Under the pieces are notes generated by a model. It did no database searches and was not told the DNA's origin. It saw only the letters and a program-made list of their open reading frames with translations. A program made the translations under genes and the position numbers. 64,000 bases of DNA, from NCBI GenBank assembly GCA_000004985.1, contig GG738907.1; one strand, 5' to 3'. This DNA is from Naegleria gruberi (lineage: Eukaryota). Shown here in pieces: positions 35,701 to 47,490 of the stretch; the stretch's first letter is position 1, and each line of letters opens with the position of its first letter.

Positions 35701-36621
35701 AATAACTTCAAACCTTAAATTTTGTAATATCAAGTTATTGTAAACAAAATAGTGCAAATCTGAAGTTGGTGAATCCTCCCTGAATGCAATACTAAGACTC
35801 TCAGATATCATTGTTGAAGTATTTGCTTGACATGAAACTATTGTAAACTTGTTGTCAACAAAATATCCATACACTCCAATCCAGTACTCTCTTGGAGAAT
35901 TTTCCTCCACTGGAATGGTAACAGAATCAGGTCCATAACTACGTGATGCATAATCATAATCTGTACTGGTTGGAAATTGAGATATTCCTGAAACATATAG
36001 ATCAGAATCTCCCTCTTGAGTACCAATAGAAATATAGAGCTTTGTTGGTAGTTGACCAGTGACTTTAACTTTAAAATAGGAATAACCATTTCTCTCTACC
36101 TGACTGTATTGTGGTTGACCATCAACTAGAGTAACATGTGCTGTTTAGGTTCGTTTCCAATAGTAAAAATTTCCCATGTTTTACAACTTACCTGGACTAG
36201 TACTTCCCCACAAGTTGAAAGTAAACCTAGCAGGAGTATTACCATACACACCAATTGTGAAAATATTTCCATTACTTGGCCATGTTCCATTCGCAGTGAC
36301 AAGTAAACTTGGATACGAAAGCAAACACTTTTCACACTGTAAAGTTGGTTGACCATACGTGCTAACATACATGTAGACTTCACCACTCAACGGAGTCAAT
36401 GCAAATGTAGCAACAGCACTAGAAAAAAGACTTGGATCTACATAGTAATAATGCCATCCTCCTTCTTCTACCATACCATTTATAGGAATACCAATTTGTT
36501 GAATGATTTCTGCTTGATTTTGAGTGGACAGTAAAATATTTAATAATAAAATGATGGTTATCAACAAGAGGGAAACAGGAAACAGCTGTGTACGGACCAC
36601 CACTGGTGGTGTGGAAACCAT
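32713..36621 (-). CDS. large type I membrane glycoprotein with four tandem beta-rich repeat domains, EGF-like repeats, Thr/Ser-rich stalk, TM and short basic tail; CDS complement(join(32713..36140,36192..36621)), ~1285 aa
   Basis: signal peptide MVSTPPVVVRTQLFPVSLLLITIILLLNILL; recurring domain-end motif [YF][YW]IG[VI]YG (TIGVYGN, EYWIGVYGY, TYYIGIKIG, CYYIGVYGL); three EGF-like modules (CSGKGNCIGYNECECLEGYEGDECE...); TM YYYLIGLGLILLIVVIVILVVGVVAFVIY followed by RRKKK; 51-bp GTAAGT..ACAG intron. Confidence 0.7.
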
Positions 36622-37091
36622 GTTGGGTTGATTTTTTTTTTGAAGGAGATTCGAATAAAGTTGTGAGATTTACCTTTCTCCTTTCAAGTCAAACAGCCAA
36701 TAAAAAATTGTGCGTACTTTTGTTTGCTTTTTACAACTTTCCATTTGGTATACACTCAATTGTGTCATTAAATATTTTCACAAAGAAAAACTTATAATGT
36801 TGATGAAGGTCAATTAAAATCAATTGCAAAAATTTGACAGCTCTTATTTTATGGATAAACAATTCAATGATTTTTTGAATGATGATTCAATCTTGTATGA
36901 GAAATTAAAGAAATTACGAAAGCTTTCCAATAAGAGTTCAACCTTGGAATAAAGATTACAATAAATATTATTATTTTGTATTATTCTATATATATTCCTC
37001 TAGGTACCAACCAAATTGAAATATGATTCTACTCTATTATTAAAATTAAAAATAAATTCATCGAAAAAAAAATATTCGAAACAAAACTAAA
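36622..37091. promoter_or_regulatory. AT-rich divergent intergenic region (putative shared promoter)
   Basis: 470 bp between head-to-head start codons of the EGF membrane protein gene and ACMSD; inference only. Confidence 0.2.
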
Positions 37092-38329
37092 ATGGCTTCT
37101 AACGGCAAAAAAATTGATATGCACGTTCATATCCTCCCATCAACCGTTCCTGATTGGAAAGAAGAATTTGGCTATGGCGGATTTATTTCTATCGAACAAG
37201 AAACAACCTCCGACAATAAAGTAAAAGCAAACATGATGAAGGATGGTCAATTCTTTAGAGCTGTTGAAGAAAATTGTTGGAATCCAGAGGCTCGTTTGGA
37301 AGATATGAAGAAGACAGGTGTAACTGCACAAGTTTTGTCAACTGTTCCTGTCATGTTTAATTATTGGGCTAAACCGAATGATGCATTGAAAACTTCAATG
37401 TTTTTGAATGATGACATTGCTAATACTTGTAACAAATATGAGGATTATTTCTTGGGACTTGGAACTGTGCCAATGCAAGCACCTGATTTGGCATGTAAGG
37501 AAATTCGTAGATGTATGGAAGAATTGCACTTGTCAGGAGTAAGTTTTTAAAAGTTTTAAAATTTGAGAAAAATGAAAAATTGGAAAATAGATTCAAATTG
37601 GATCTCATATTAATAATTACTGTTTGGATGATCCTTCATTATTCCCAATTTTTGAAACTGCTGCTGAATTGGATTGTCCAATAATGATTCATCCTTGGCA
37701 AATGATTGGTTCTGATTTGATGAAAAAATATTGGTTGCCTTGGTTGGTAAGTTTTTCAACATTATTTGAATGGAATTTAATATTGAATCGAATAATAATA
37801 GGTTGGTATGCCTGCTGAGACTACTTTGGCAATTTGCAGTTTAATTTTCGGTGGAGTATTGGAAAAATTACCAAATCTCAAAGTTTGCTTTTCACATGGT
37901 ATGTTTCATTGTTGAAAATTGAATTTCTAATAATATTTAAATTAGGTGGTGGTAGTTTCCCATATACTATTGGTAGAATTGAACATGGATACAATGTTAG
38001 ACCAGATTTGTGTCAAGTAGATTGTAAAGTCAACCCAAGAGATTTCTGTGGAAAAATTTGGGCTGATACCATAACACATGATGATGACGTAAGTTATTGA
38101 AATTCACAATTTTCAAATTGACATTGACATTTAATAGGCCCTCAAATTACTAGTCAAAGTTTTTGGAGATGATAGAGTAATGCTTGGATCTGATTATCCA
38201 TTCCCATTGGGTGAACATCATCCTGGAAAATTAGTTGAAGATTCTACAAGTTTCTCCCAAGAACAAAAGGATAAGCTTCTCTATTATAATACTAAAGAAT
38301 TTTTGAATATTCCAAAGGATAAATTTTAA
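37092..38329 (+). CDS. ACMSD: 2-amino-3-carboxymuconate-6-semialdehyde decarboxylase (ACMSD, amidohydrolase_2 family); CDS join(37092..37538,37591..37746,37802..37898,37946..38088,38138..38329), 344 aa
   Basis: near-colinear with metazoan ACMSD: IDMHVHILP...[92 protein letters not shown]; four GTAAGT/GTATGT introns of 47-55 bp; exon lengths sum to 1035 nt in frame. Confidence 0.9.
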
Positions 38330-38468
38330 ATAAATGGAATTGAGATTTAGAATTGAGATTAAAGTGGAAAATATTCGAAAGTTACAAAATTATTAGATAA
38401 GAAATGGTAATTTATTTATTTCATATTTTTGAGATTACCATGATTGAATTGGCTTCGAATGTGAAAAT

Positions 38469-39712
38469 TTAAATATCAGCAAGACCAGACCAAACGTTGC
38501 TTTCAATACCACATTCGTCCTTTCCTCTCAAAATCCAGAAGTGTCCATCCTTTGAAAAATGTTAAACTAAACTATATTCGAAAGTCGTAAACTTACAATT
38601 CCCCAAGAAGTTCCCCAAGAATTGGCAACAATCCAATATGGAGTTTCCTTTCCATCAGAAGTAACACCCCAACCTTGATTTGTAATTTCAATTATTTAAC
38701 ACTTTACAAAAAATTTCAATTCTAAACTTACCAATAACCTTAATAGCGTGACCACCCATAACACCACCAGTAACATGTCTATAAACACCCTTCTTATAAG
38801 AGAAGAAATCCCTATTTTCCATTAAAATTTCGTATAAATTATTATAAATTCAAAAATTGTAAACTTACTTGTAAACAGTGAAAGCAGCTTGAACTGGACC
38901 ATTAGCTTGAATATCCTTTTGAATATCAGAAACTGATCTCAAGTGAGCAATACTATCCTTCTTAACCTTGACCAATTCAATTTGAGATCCATCTTTACAA
39001 TTTCTAGCACAAGTGTTAACTTTTCCATTTTCACCAGAATAGTATGGGTCACATTCTTCGGTTGGGATACCAGTTGTGGCTAAGAACTTCCAGGCCAAGT
39101 TGAGGTAACCACCTTCGCAGCCATAGTTGGATTTATCGCAAGAAACCATGTATTGTGGGGAGAGAACGTGGTCAACTGAGCCATTGGTGGCAATACAGAG
39201 TCTGTCAGAGACAACTTCTGAGGCAGCTGATTGAATTATTAGAGAATTGAATCGATTTTTGATACTTACAAACTATGTAGAATGTGAATATTGATTCAAA
39301 TATGAAAAATCAAACTTACAAGCCCAACAGGAACCACAATTCTATAAAAGGAAATTCTATTAGTTTCTAATAGATTGAAAATACTTACTCCTTGATCACG
39401 AACTTCATGAACACAATGACCCCACTTTTCTCTTGAATCAAAAGTAGTGGCAACTCTAACATTTTGTTGAATAGTCTTTCTTGGAAGATTATTGACAGGA
39501 TCAACAATGACAGCTCCCAATAATTTTCTAGCTTCACCCAAAGTCATTCCTTCAAATCTTGGATACTTGGTAGCAGTCCAACCAACATCACTATTAGCAT
39601 TAATTCTGGCGATCATTCTATGATCATGAACTGGTCTACTGTCCAAGAAGGATTGGCACATGACAGCAGAAATTGCAACGAGCAATAAGACACAACAGGT
39701 AACAACTCTCAT
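38469..39712 (-). CDS. cathepsin B-like papain-family (C1) cysteine protease; CDS complement(join(38469..38549,38597..38673,38732..38811,38869..39226,39320..39341,39389..39712)), 313 aa
   Basis: signal peptide [19 protein letters not shown]; propeptide; RDQG|NCGSCWA (catalytic Cys on a 22-nt microexon); occluding-loop region [19 protein letters not shown]; HAIKVIGWG (catalytic His); [25 protein letters not shown]; five introns 47-93 bp; exons sum to 942 nt in frame. Confidence 0.85.
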
Positions 39713-39883
39713 TGTTTTCTTTTGATTTTTTTTGATAATAAGATGACAATAGAATAGTTTGATTGGGTATTTATTGGATTTTCTTATTCGGATTTCGGAG
39801 ATGCAATGTGGAGAAGGAACGGAACGGAGACGGAAAGATTTTTATGGATTTTTTAAAAAGATTTCAATGTTAAAGAAATTATT

Positions 39884-41833
39884 TTATTGTTGTAAATATC
39901 TGCAGCCAACAAGATATAGTAAATAAATCAAAATCAGCTTCAATGTCAAGGCAATGACAGCTGCATTGGTTTCTGTTGAACTAGTTCTGAATCTCTTTGA
40001 TGCAAAATAATCTGGATAGATCTGTTCTGTTTTAGTGAGCTTCAACAAGTCATCAATTGACCATTCTCCATTTCTATTTGGGGAATGATTCAACAAACGC
40101 AAGATGATTTCCTTTCTGCCTTCATAATCTGCAAGTTGATAAATTTCAAATAATTGTCCAGCTAATATTCTAGAAAGCAAAATGTTAAATGTTTTGTGAG
40201 GTCTTTCAATATCCTTCTTGGATAATAAACTTGCATAATTTACATTTTTAGAAATTTCCAAAGTTTCCAAATTTGGTAGTTGTTTTAAATAATTTACAAA
40301 TTCGTCATTGAAAAATTGAACTGGATCTACTTCTGTCTTGTAATGAACGAGGAATAGTTTGAGGAGGAGAATATTCTTGATAAATTCTTCTCTAGTTTCC
40401 AATGGTCGAGTGAATTTCTTATTAAAGAACTTGGCCACACGAACAGTATTGAATCCAATGTCGAAAATTGACATTTTAGAATCAGTAGCAATGGTTTCGA
40501 ACAGGAAAGGAATGACATGTTTGAAATTGGAAGATAACGTGTCCAGTTCTGTAAAATTATTGAGATTCAGCAAGATTAATTCATGTAAACTGAAAGCTAG
40601 AGATCTAATTAGAGCTCTATACTCCAAAGAGTTCAATTTCGTGTCATTTCCATACAGTACAATCACCATGGCAGGTGTTCTTCCTTCCTTAATAGTAAAC
40701 GTCTTACAGGGAAAATCTTCTGTTGAATTTTCCTTCTTTCTTCCTTTAACAATGTAAATAGTTCCGAAACTCTTCGATTTCTTATCACCTTCATGGCATT
40801 GAATTCTAACAAATGAATTTTCATTATCCTTAAAGAGTGAAAAATAGAAATTTCCCTTATTCATGGATATGAAATCTTTAACTGCCTTATCAGTTGAAAA
40901 TTTTCCATATTTTTCAATATTCAAATGAGGGAAAACCAACAGGGTTCTAATAAAACTCAATCTGTTTTGTAATTTCCAAATTGGAATACTTGATTTGAAT
41001 GGAGAAAATCTTAAAACACTTTCAATGGAACGTTGAGCATGTGGCTTGACAAGTTCCATTCCAGTTTCGAATATTTTCAAGAATTCGCTTGGCTCTTTCA
41101 ACATTAGCTCTTCTCTATGAATCTTGCCTTTGATAAATTCATCTCTCAATAAATTCTCCATGTCTTGATTGAGAGAATGTGAATTTTCATAAGATTCCAA
41201 TGATTTTCCATCATTTTTCCAACTTGGTTTGACATTTGGCAACTGAAATGATGGAACACTTTCATCTCCTCCAAAATATTGCTCTAACAACTCGTCCATG
41301 TATGGAACTTTCTGATTATAAACTTCATTCGAATATTTTTCAACCATTTCCAAATTTTTCTTCAATTCCAATTCAAGAATTTTCAATTTTTCCTTTTGAT
41401 TTTCAATAAATTTTAATTCTTCTTCTGTTAAAATCTCATTCATCACATAAATCCATCTCTTGATTGGTAAATAATGTGAAATTATCAAATCTTCCATTGT
41501 TGGTCGCATTTCTGCTTGTTTGTTTCGAATAGCAAGTCGTGGAATGGTTTTTAATGCATTTTCCAATGAATTTAATTTAGTTTGAATTAAATTATGGAAG
41601 GAATCTTGCCAGAAGGGAGAATTTACATTCTTCTTGTGATGATCACTTCTTGTAATTAATTTATAAATTGTTGGAAAGGAATCGTCCAGTTTCGGAGTGG
41701 TCTTAACTTGTCTATAGAAACGATTGACAACTTTTCTGGCATAATTTCTGTAAGAATGTGTTTCGTATGAGATTAAACTTGTGCCAATTCGATGAAATTT
41801 TCCCACAGAACCCGAAACTAAAGGTTTCATCAT
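39884..41833 (-). CDS. hypothetical protein (649 aa) with basic N-terminus and C-terminal hydrophobic tail
   Basis: long ATG ORF; N-terminal Arg/Lys-rich amphipathic segment (possible organellar presequence); C-terminal AAVIALTLKLILIYLLYLVG (tail-anchor-like); no named domain. Confidence 0.4.
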   Translation of the reverse strand: MMKPLVSGSVGKFHRIGTSLISYETHSYRNYARKVVNRFYRQVKTTPKLDDSFPTIYKLITRSDHHKKNVNSPFWQDSFHNLIQTKLNSLENALKTIPRLAIRNKQAEMRPTMEDLIISHYLPIKRWIYVMNEILTEEELKFIENQKEKLKILELELKKNLEMVEKYSNEVYNQKVPYMDELLEQYFGGDESVPSFQLPNVKPSWKNDGKSLESYENSHSLNQDMENLLRDEFIKGKIHREELMLKEPSEFLKIFETGMELVKPHAQRSIESVLRFSPFKSSIPIWKLQNRLSFIRTLLVFPHLNIEKYGKFSTDKAVKDFISMNKGNFYFSLFKDNENSFVRIQCHEGDKKSKSFGTIYIVKGRKKENSTEDFPCKTFTIKEGRTPAMVIVLYGNDTKLNSLEYRALIRSLAFSLHELILLNLNNFTELDTLSSNFKHVIPFLFETIATDSKMSIFDIGFNTVRVAKFFNKKFTRPLETREEFIKNILLLKLFLVHYKTEVDPVQFFNDEFVNYLKQLPNLETLEISKNVNYASLLSKKDIERPHKTFNILLSRILAGQLFEIYQLADYEGRKEIILRLLNHSPNRNGEWSIDDLLKLTKTEQIYPDYFASKRFRTSSTETNAAVIALTLKLILIYLLYLVGCRYLQQ

Positions 41834-41877
41834 TTTTTTATTTACATTTAAATATTAAATTTTGATTGAATTGTTAT

Positions 41878-42234
41878 TTACAAATTTTCTTTTTGATAAA
41901 TTTCAACTTGCTTGATCATATTGAAAAGCAAATCTTCAACTTGCATGGCAGATTTTTCAATTCCATTTACAAATTGACTATATAAGGTAAAATTAGTTTC
42001 CTTTCCACACATGCCAAGTTTCTGAACGAGTGGCATTCTGTCGAATTCTTCTATTTGTTTCCTTCTTTCTGAATATTTCTCAATTCTTTCATTTTCTGAA
42101 TAGATAAAAAAGTATAAATACCATTCTAGGTAAAGATCCAATTTTCTACTTGACAATTCGTCAACAGATTGGTGACCAGTATGGGAAATGAACATTCTCT
42201 CGAGGGGAATCCAATAATTTTCATAAATTTGCAA
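41878..42234 (-). other. downstream out-of-frame continuation of the DUF262 gene (frameshifted C-terminal segment); possible pseudogene or sequence error
   Basis: ORF begins at TTG overlapping the stop of 42221..43048 in a different frame; no GT dinucleotide exists in the ~60 nt around the junction, so a canonical intron cannot explain the shift. Confidence 0.35.
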
Positions 42235-43048
42235 TTTGCTTAGTTTCGTCCAGTTTGGAAAGTAAGTGATTCTTGATTAGGTCTGAATAGGATAAGTCAA
42301 TTCCAGGAGTTTTGATGTAAAAGAGAATTTGATTGGATTTTCCAACATCGTACCGTTCTCCAAAACATTCTTGTGCATTAATTTCAGATTCTTCATATTC
42401 AATAATCACAAATTTACCATTTATGGTAAGAATTGGAATAAGGCTTGATTTTACAATGGCCAAACTATTAACTTGTTGTTTTACAAGTTGTGATTTGAAG
42501 ATTTTGTAAAATATTTGTCTGGTATTGTGCATATTAGAGTTTTGAAGAAGATTAGTTTGATCACCTTTGAATCCAATAAGAATTTCGATATTCGAAACTC
42601 TGTCGTCATGACTTGGGATTAATCGAGAAACATTCTTTGCAATTTCACTTGCCTTTGCATATTTATCTTCACTTGACAAGTATTCCTCTTGCAATTTCTT
42701 CAAATCAACTGACTTGACAAAGATATACGAATGAATTTCGTCTAAAATCTTTTCACTATCTACCAATTCCAAAGCAGCATCTCTCAAAGCACAAATCCCA
42801 ATCAACAAGGTAGTCAATCTCTGTTGACCATCAATACAAACTCTACTTGCCAACTTCTTTTGAAAAAACAACTTTCCAATATGATGACCGAATGAAGTTC
42901 CATTGAAAACCAAATCATTGTACAATTGCTTGACAATCTTACTATTCCAGCAATATTTTCTTTGATAGATTGGAATCTGAATCTGTGAACTCTTACCAAA
43001 TGAAGGATCTTTAAATAGAGAGCTAAGTGTATGTGGTTCGATTTTCAT
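42221..43048 (-). CDS. DUF262 (ParB/Srx-like nuclease superfamily, GmrSD N-terminal domain family) protein, N-terminal part
   Basis: hallmark motifs IPIYQRKYCW and IDGQQRLTTL in the expected order and spacing; ends at a stop that is followed immediately by a +1-frame ORF (41878..42234). Confidence 0.6.
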   Translation of the reverse strand: MKIEPHTLSSLFKDPSFGKSSQIQIPIYQRKYCWNSKIVKQLYNDLVFNGTSFGHHIGKLFFQKKLASRVCIDGQQRLTTLLIGICALRDAALELVDSEKILDEIHSYIFVKSVDLKKLQEEYLSSEDKYAKASEIAKNVSRLIPSHDDRVSNIEILIGFKGDQTNLLQNSNMHNTRQIFYKIFKSQLVKQQVNSLAIVKSSLIPILTINGKFVIIEYEESEINAQECFGERYDVGKSNQILFYIKTPGIDLSYSDLIKNHLLSKLDETKQIANL

Positions 43049-43220
43049 TCTTTTTTTTTGATTTTGTTTTTGTGTTTTTACAATTTTGCGCTATTTATAG
43101 TTTTTACAGTGCTCTTGAAAAATTTTGTAAAGTTCTCAGAGCAATGTTTTTTATAGCTGGGAAGAATTTAGGAGTTTAAAATTTCAAAATTGTTTTTTTA
43201 TTAATGATATGTTTGTGGAA

Positions 43221-45671
43221 TTACATGATTGTGCATTTCCTTTTTCGTGAGGGATTTTGAAGTTTGCTTTTTCTTCTCTTCAATTCTTGTGATAGGGTGG
43301 CATCGTCCTTGGCCAATGCCTGATCAATGATTGGTAATGTTTTCACATACGTCTTGACTCGGGCTCTATACATCATGGCTGAAATTTTCTCAAAGGAGCT
43401 TTGAATATTCTCCAGAGTGTCTGTATTAACAATGACCACATCCTTAATAAAGTACGAGTAGGTTTTCTGAACCTCCCATAAATCATTCAAGGAAATCTCG
43501 TGTAAGGTGGTATTTTTCGTGATTGTTCCCAGAATGATGGCTGCTGGAGGATCCATGGTTGTTCTTTGCTCATCCTTCTTTCTAAACTCGATACACTTTT
43601 CAATGTACTTGATCATGGCATCGAGGGAACTTCTGCTCGACATGTAGGCAACGAATATGACTCCATCAGTGCCTCTGAACTTGTATTCTGCACTATTTGG
43701 AGCGAGGGAATAGTCCATAAAACTGCACGATTCTACCTTTACTTTGAATTCTTCCTTGTTAAATTTTATACTCTTACATTCAAAGTCAGTTTTGCCTGGT
43801 AAGGTGAATTTCATGTAAATAATTCATGAATAAATATTTGAAAACTTACTCTCGAAAAATAGAGATCTAATTGTTTGCACAACAAGAAAGTTGACACCAG
43901 CAACCAACAAGTAAAAGTAATTGGATGGATCGTAAACTACATTCTTCTTTTTAGGAATGACAACCTTTTGTTGCAGAGATTGAGTATTCACATACGAGTA
44001 GAGTCTCTTGTAGGAAATGTTCAATGACTTTTTACATTCGAGATCCCTCATGTACTCTTCCAGCTTGTCAATGGTTGGAAAATTAGGATAGACATATTGC
44101 CACAGTATCATGTATTTCCAAAAACCTTCCACAATACTATTCTTGAATTGATCTTCATTTTCAGGATCAAATTCAAGAGCCGAGTGAAAACTTTTAGAAA
44201 TGAGCATTAAATTAAAATAATCACGAGTAAGCTCTGCTGGGAATGGTGTATATTTCGGATAGTGGCCTATTCTTCTCATGGTTGAGCTGGAATTTCTTCT
44301 CGATATGGTAGAATTACTCGAATCTATAGGTGTTATTGAACTAGGAGAAAAGGAACCAATCATGTTAGTACCTGTTGGTGAAAAGGAAAAGTCAGCAAAC
44401 AAGCTTGACGTATGGGTTGTTGTACATAGTATAAAACTGGCAATGTGTAAAATAATTTCTTGTGGACAGTCAGAAAGATTCGAATAATTCCTAATTTTTT
44501 GTCGTTTAGGTTTTTGACTAGAAAGCTGTGACAGTGTACTACTCAACCTCCTGATGAATTTTAAATTTGATGAAGGATTATTAGTCGGTGATGAAAGTAC
44601 TTCATCTTGCTCCGTGAGACAAATTATTGTTGTTGGGTCAATCAGGCATGTGGCATTTGCCGTCATTTTTTCACCATTATTTTCAAGTGTTTGGTTATTT
44701 TTATCTCCTTCCTGATCAATCTGGGAACGATTTTCCCTTCCCAAAACCTTGTCATTAATCAAACAGTTTTCTGCTGGGTTGCCTTCTTCTGTATGTCTTT
44801 CGTTTGAGGAAGAATGAAAGCTCAGTTCTTCTCTACTACTGCAACTAGTATTAGTTGTTGGTGATTCGACAAATGGTACGACATTTGATTCATTACTGCA
44901 ACAACTAATATTTGATAAGCTGTGATTCGTATTGTGGACTCCTGAAACAGATGAGGAAAATGACTTGAATGAGGATAAAGTATTAGTGGTTGAATGTTTC
45001 TTCTTGTTAGGTGTTATTAGAGAGCCATCTACTGTTAGAAATTGAGTGTTAGAAGGACTCTTATTTAGTGGTGGAGAATGGTAATGTTTCTTTGCCATCT
45101 TGGATTCTTTAGATTTACGTAAGAGTCTTGTGAGAATGTTATTTCCCTTAATGGTCAAACTTTGACCATTAGTTAGTAGTGAAGGTTGAGTAGTATTTGA
45201 TGTTATTGAGATGGTTGGAATGGCAGTGTTAGTGAGGGCAATAGAAGGAGGACATGCTTGATTATTCTTATTATTCGAAACGAGGGTCTCTGAGCGAGAG
45301 AATGAATCTCTAGATTTCTGAGAAACTTTAGGTAATGGATTCGAGCTGGATCTTCCTCTTGTCTTACTTTCATCTGGAGCAAAACTTGGACTAGCCATTG
45401 AATCTGTCTCATGAATAGAACATCTCTTCAAATTTGCTGATTGACTAGCCAATAAATCATTCCTCTCCTGAATACCAACATCATGCTTTGAAACTTGATT
45501 TAAATTTCTACTAAATATTGAAAGAGAGCTAACGACACCATTAATACTATTTGATGAAATATCCAATCTTGAAAAGGATAAATTTGAGCCTTGATTTCTC
45601 TTACGACGTTGTTTCGTATAAGATGGAGCCAATTGAGCAGTTGAAAGTAGTACTACTTGATGAGAGGGCAT
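43221..45671 (-). CDS. hypothetical protein (~798 aa), Ser/Thr/Asn-rich N-terminal half and conserved C-terminal region; CDS complement(join(43221..43795,43850..45671))
   Basis: two track ORFs join in frame through a 54-bp GTAAGT..CCAG intron (...SLFFE|SKTDFECKSIKF...); total 2397 nt in frame. Confidence 0.5.
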
Positions 45672-46716
45672 GATAATTTCATCAACAACAACAACAATTC
45701 ATCAAGATGTTTTTTCTTCTTCTTTCCTTATTGTATTTTCCGTATATAATGTTCTAATGAAAGGCTTGATGTTTTTCTCTCAAAGAGTTTGCAATTAATA
45801 ATGATGATGATGTATTCAACCAACAACAACAACAGCAGCTAGCAATACTTGTCTTTTTTTCGTATTTGGTTTCATAGAGAACAAAATCTACAAGAGATAA
45901 TACAAAGTGAGATGAAGGGAAAGGCTTCTTCATGGCATATGAAAGGTTGATGGATTCAATCGTGTTTAGGGACGGAAACTTGCTTATTCTCAAATGTTAT
46001 CAAAAACTACCTTTCTCTTCCGAAAGTTGATGATATCTCTTCAATATGATGATAGTGGTTAGAAGTTCTACGTATTTAATTAAATAACCAATTTAAATAA
46101 TATATTTATAATATATAGTGGGTATGATTGATATGACTTGAAAGAACATAAATAATTAGATTCATCATTGTTGATTTGTTGATGGAGAAATCTCTCTTCC
46201 GTTCGGTGTTATGGCAAGCTTTACTAATGAGAAAGATGCGTATTGGGAGATTGGAATAGAAGAGTTAATCTCTCTTAGATATTACTATGAATACATGGAA
46301 TCTTTCATGAAGTCCTTCGCAGTGTGATGAATTGATGAAGCTAGTAGAATTTTTTTAAATGTTGTTCAAAAGTAAAGAAACTAAGTGAACAAGACATTAG
46401 CACAATTAATTGTTAGATAATTCTATCGATCAAAGATACCAAAACAATATTTTTATTTTTTTAATTTAAATTTAAAAAAATGGCGGCTAACGGCTAGTTA
46501 TTTACCATAGACACTTTTCAGGCTCGTTTGATCAAAAAGTAAAATTTAAAGTAAAATTTTCCTTCTCCCCTCTCTTAGGACAATAAACAAAATTCATTAT
46601 CATCAATTATTGAACCATCATCATTCCTCTTCACCATCACCCAGATAACTTTTGAAATACAAAAAGAAAAAAACAAAGAACTTCATCATCAAGAAGAACA
46701 ATAAGAAGAAAAAAAA

Positions 46717-47490
46717 ATGTTTGATTGGATACGTTTTATATGGGCTTTGATCGTGATTTACCTCTTCAAGGGAAAGGAAAATATCATACAGACAAAGGCT
46801 GAATTGGCCAAGCAAGAACACTTTCCAAAGAAGAAGAAACAAGAAGAACAAGTCTCGCATCATCATGCCGAAGATGTTTATCACGAAATTGTACCATCAC
46901 ATAAACATGTTACTCACTATTTGGTAACTCCTTTTGATTTGGACTGGAATTTGCACATGAATAATGCTCAATATTTAACTGCTATGGAATTGGGAAGAGT
47001 TTCATACTTTTTGACAACAGGATTACAAACAAGAGCTAGAAAGCTTAAAGTTAATCCATTGTTGATGGGAGTATCATTCCAATTTAGAAAAGATGTTGGT
47101 TGTTTTACTAATATCAAATTGGAAACACAAGTAATTTCCTATGATGACAAATTCATGTATTTTGAACAAACCTTGTCAACTGGTAAACATCAACATATTG
47201 GAAGAGGTATTGCTCGTGTTGGTTTTGCTCAGAGAGGAAAGGGATTGCTCTCCAGTCAAGATTGGATTAAACTTCTCCCAACAAACAGTAAATCAGAAGA
47301 GGAAATGAAATTGGCAGAAGCTATGCATCTTGATAAACAAATCGAAAAGGCCAAGACTTTCCTGAGAGAAGATCAATCACAAACAGTTAGTGTTGATGAA
47401 CACGCTCAAGCTAGTATGGCAAAGGAAGTTTTAAAGAGATTGGAAAGAGTCAAGACTTTTGCTGCTCACGATTTGACTTTGAAGGAGTAA
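46717..47490 (+). CDS. hotdog-fold thioesterase, THEM6-like
   Basis: N-terminal TM (FIWALIVIYLF), FDLDWNLHMNNAQYLTAMELGR block typical of the THEM6-type thioesterase-like family. Confidence 0.55.
   Translation: MFDWIRFIWALIVIYLFKGKENIIQTKAELAKQEHFPKKKKQEEQVSHHHAEDVYHEIVPSHKHVTHYLVTPFDLDWNLHMNNAQYLTAMELGRVSYFLTTGLQTRARKLKVNPLLMGVSFQFRKDVGCFTNIKLETQVISYDDKFMYFEQTLSTGKHQHIGRGIARVGFAQRGKGLLSSQDWIKLLPTNSKSEEEMKLAEAMHLDKQIEKAKTFLREDQSQTVSVDEHAQASMAKEVLKRLERVKTFAAHDLTLKE

Noticed and set aside
42180-42320. An intron to bridge the DUF262 frameshift
   Set aside because: There is no GT dinucleotide in the ~60 nt spanning the junction. Candidate acceptors do not restore the frame, so a splice explanation fails.
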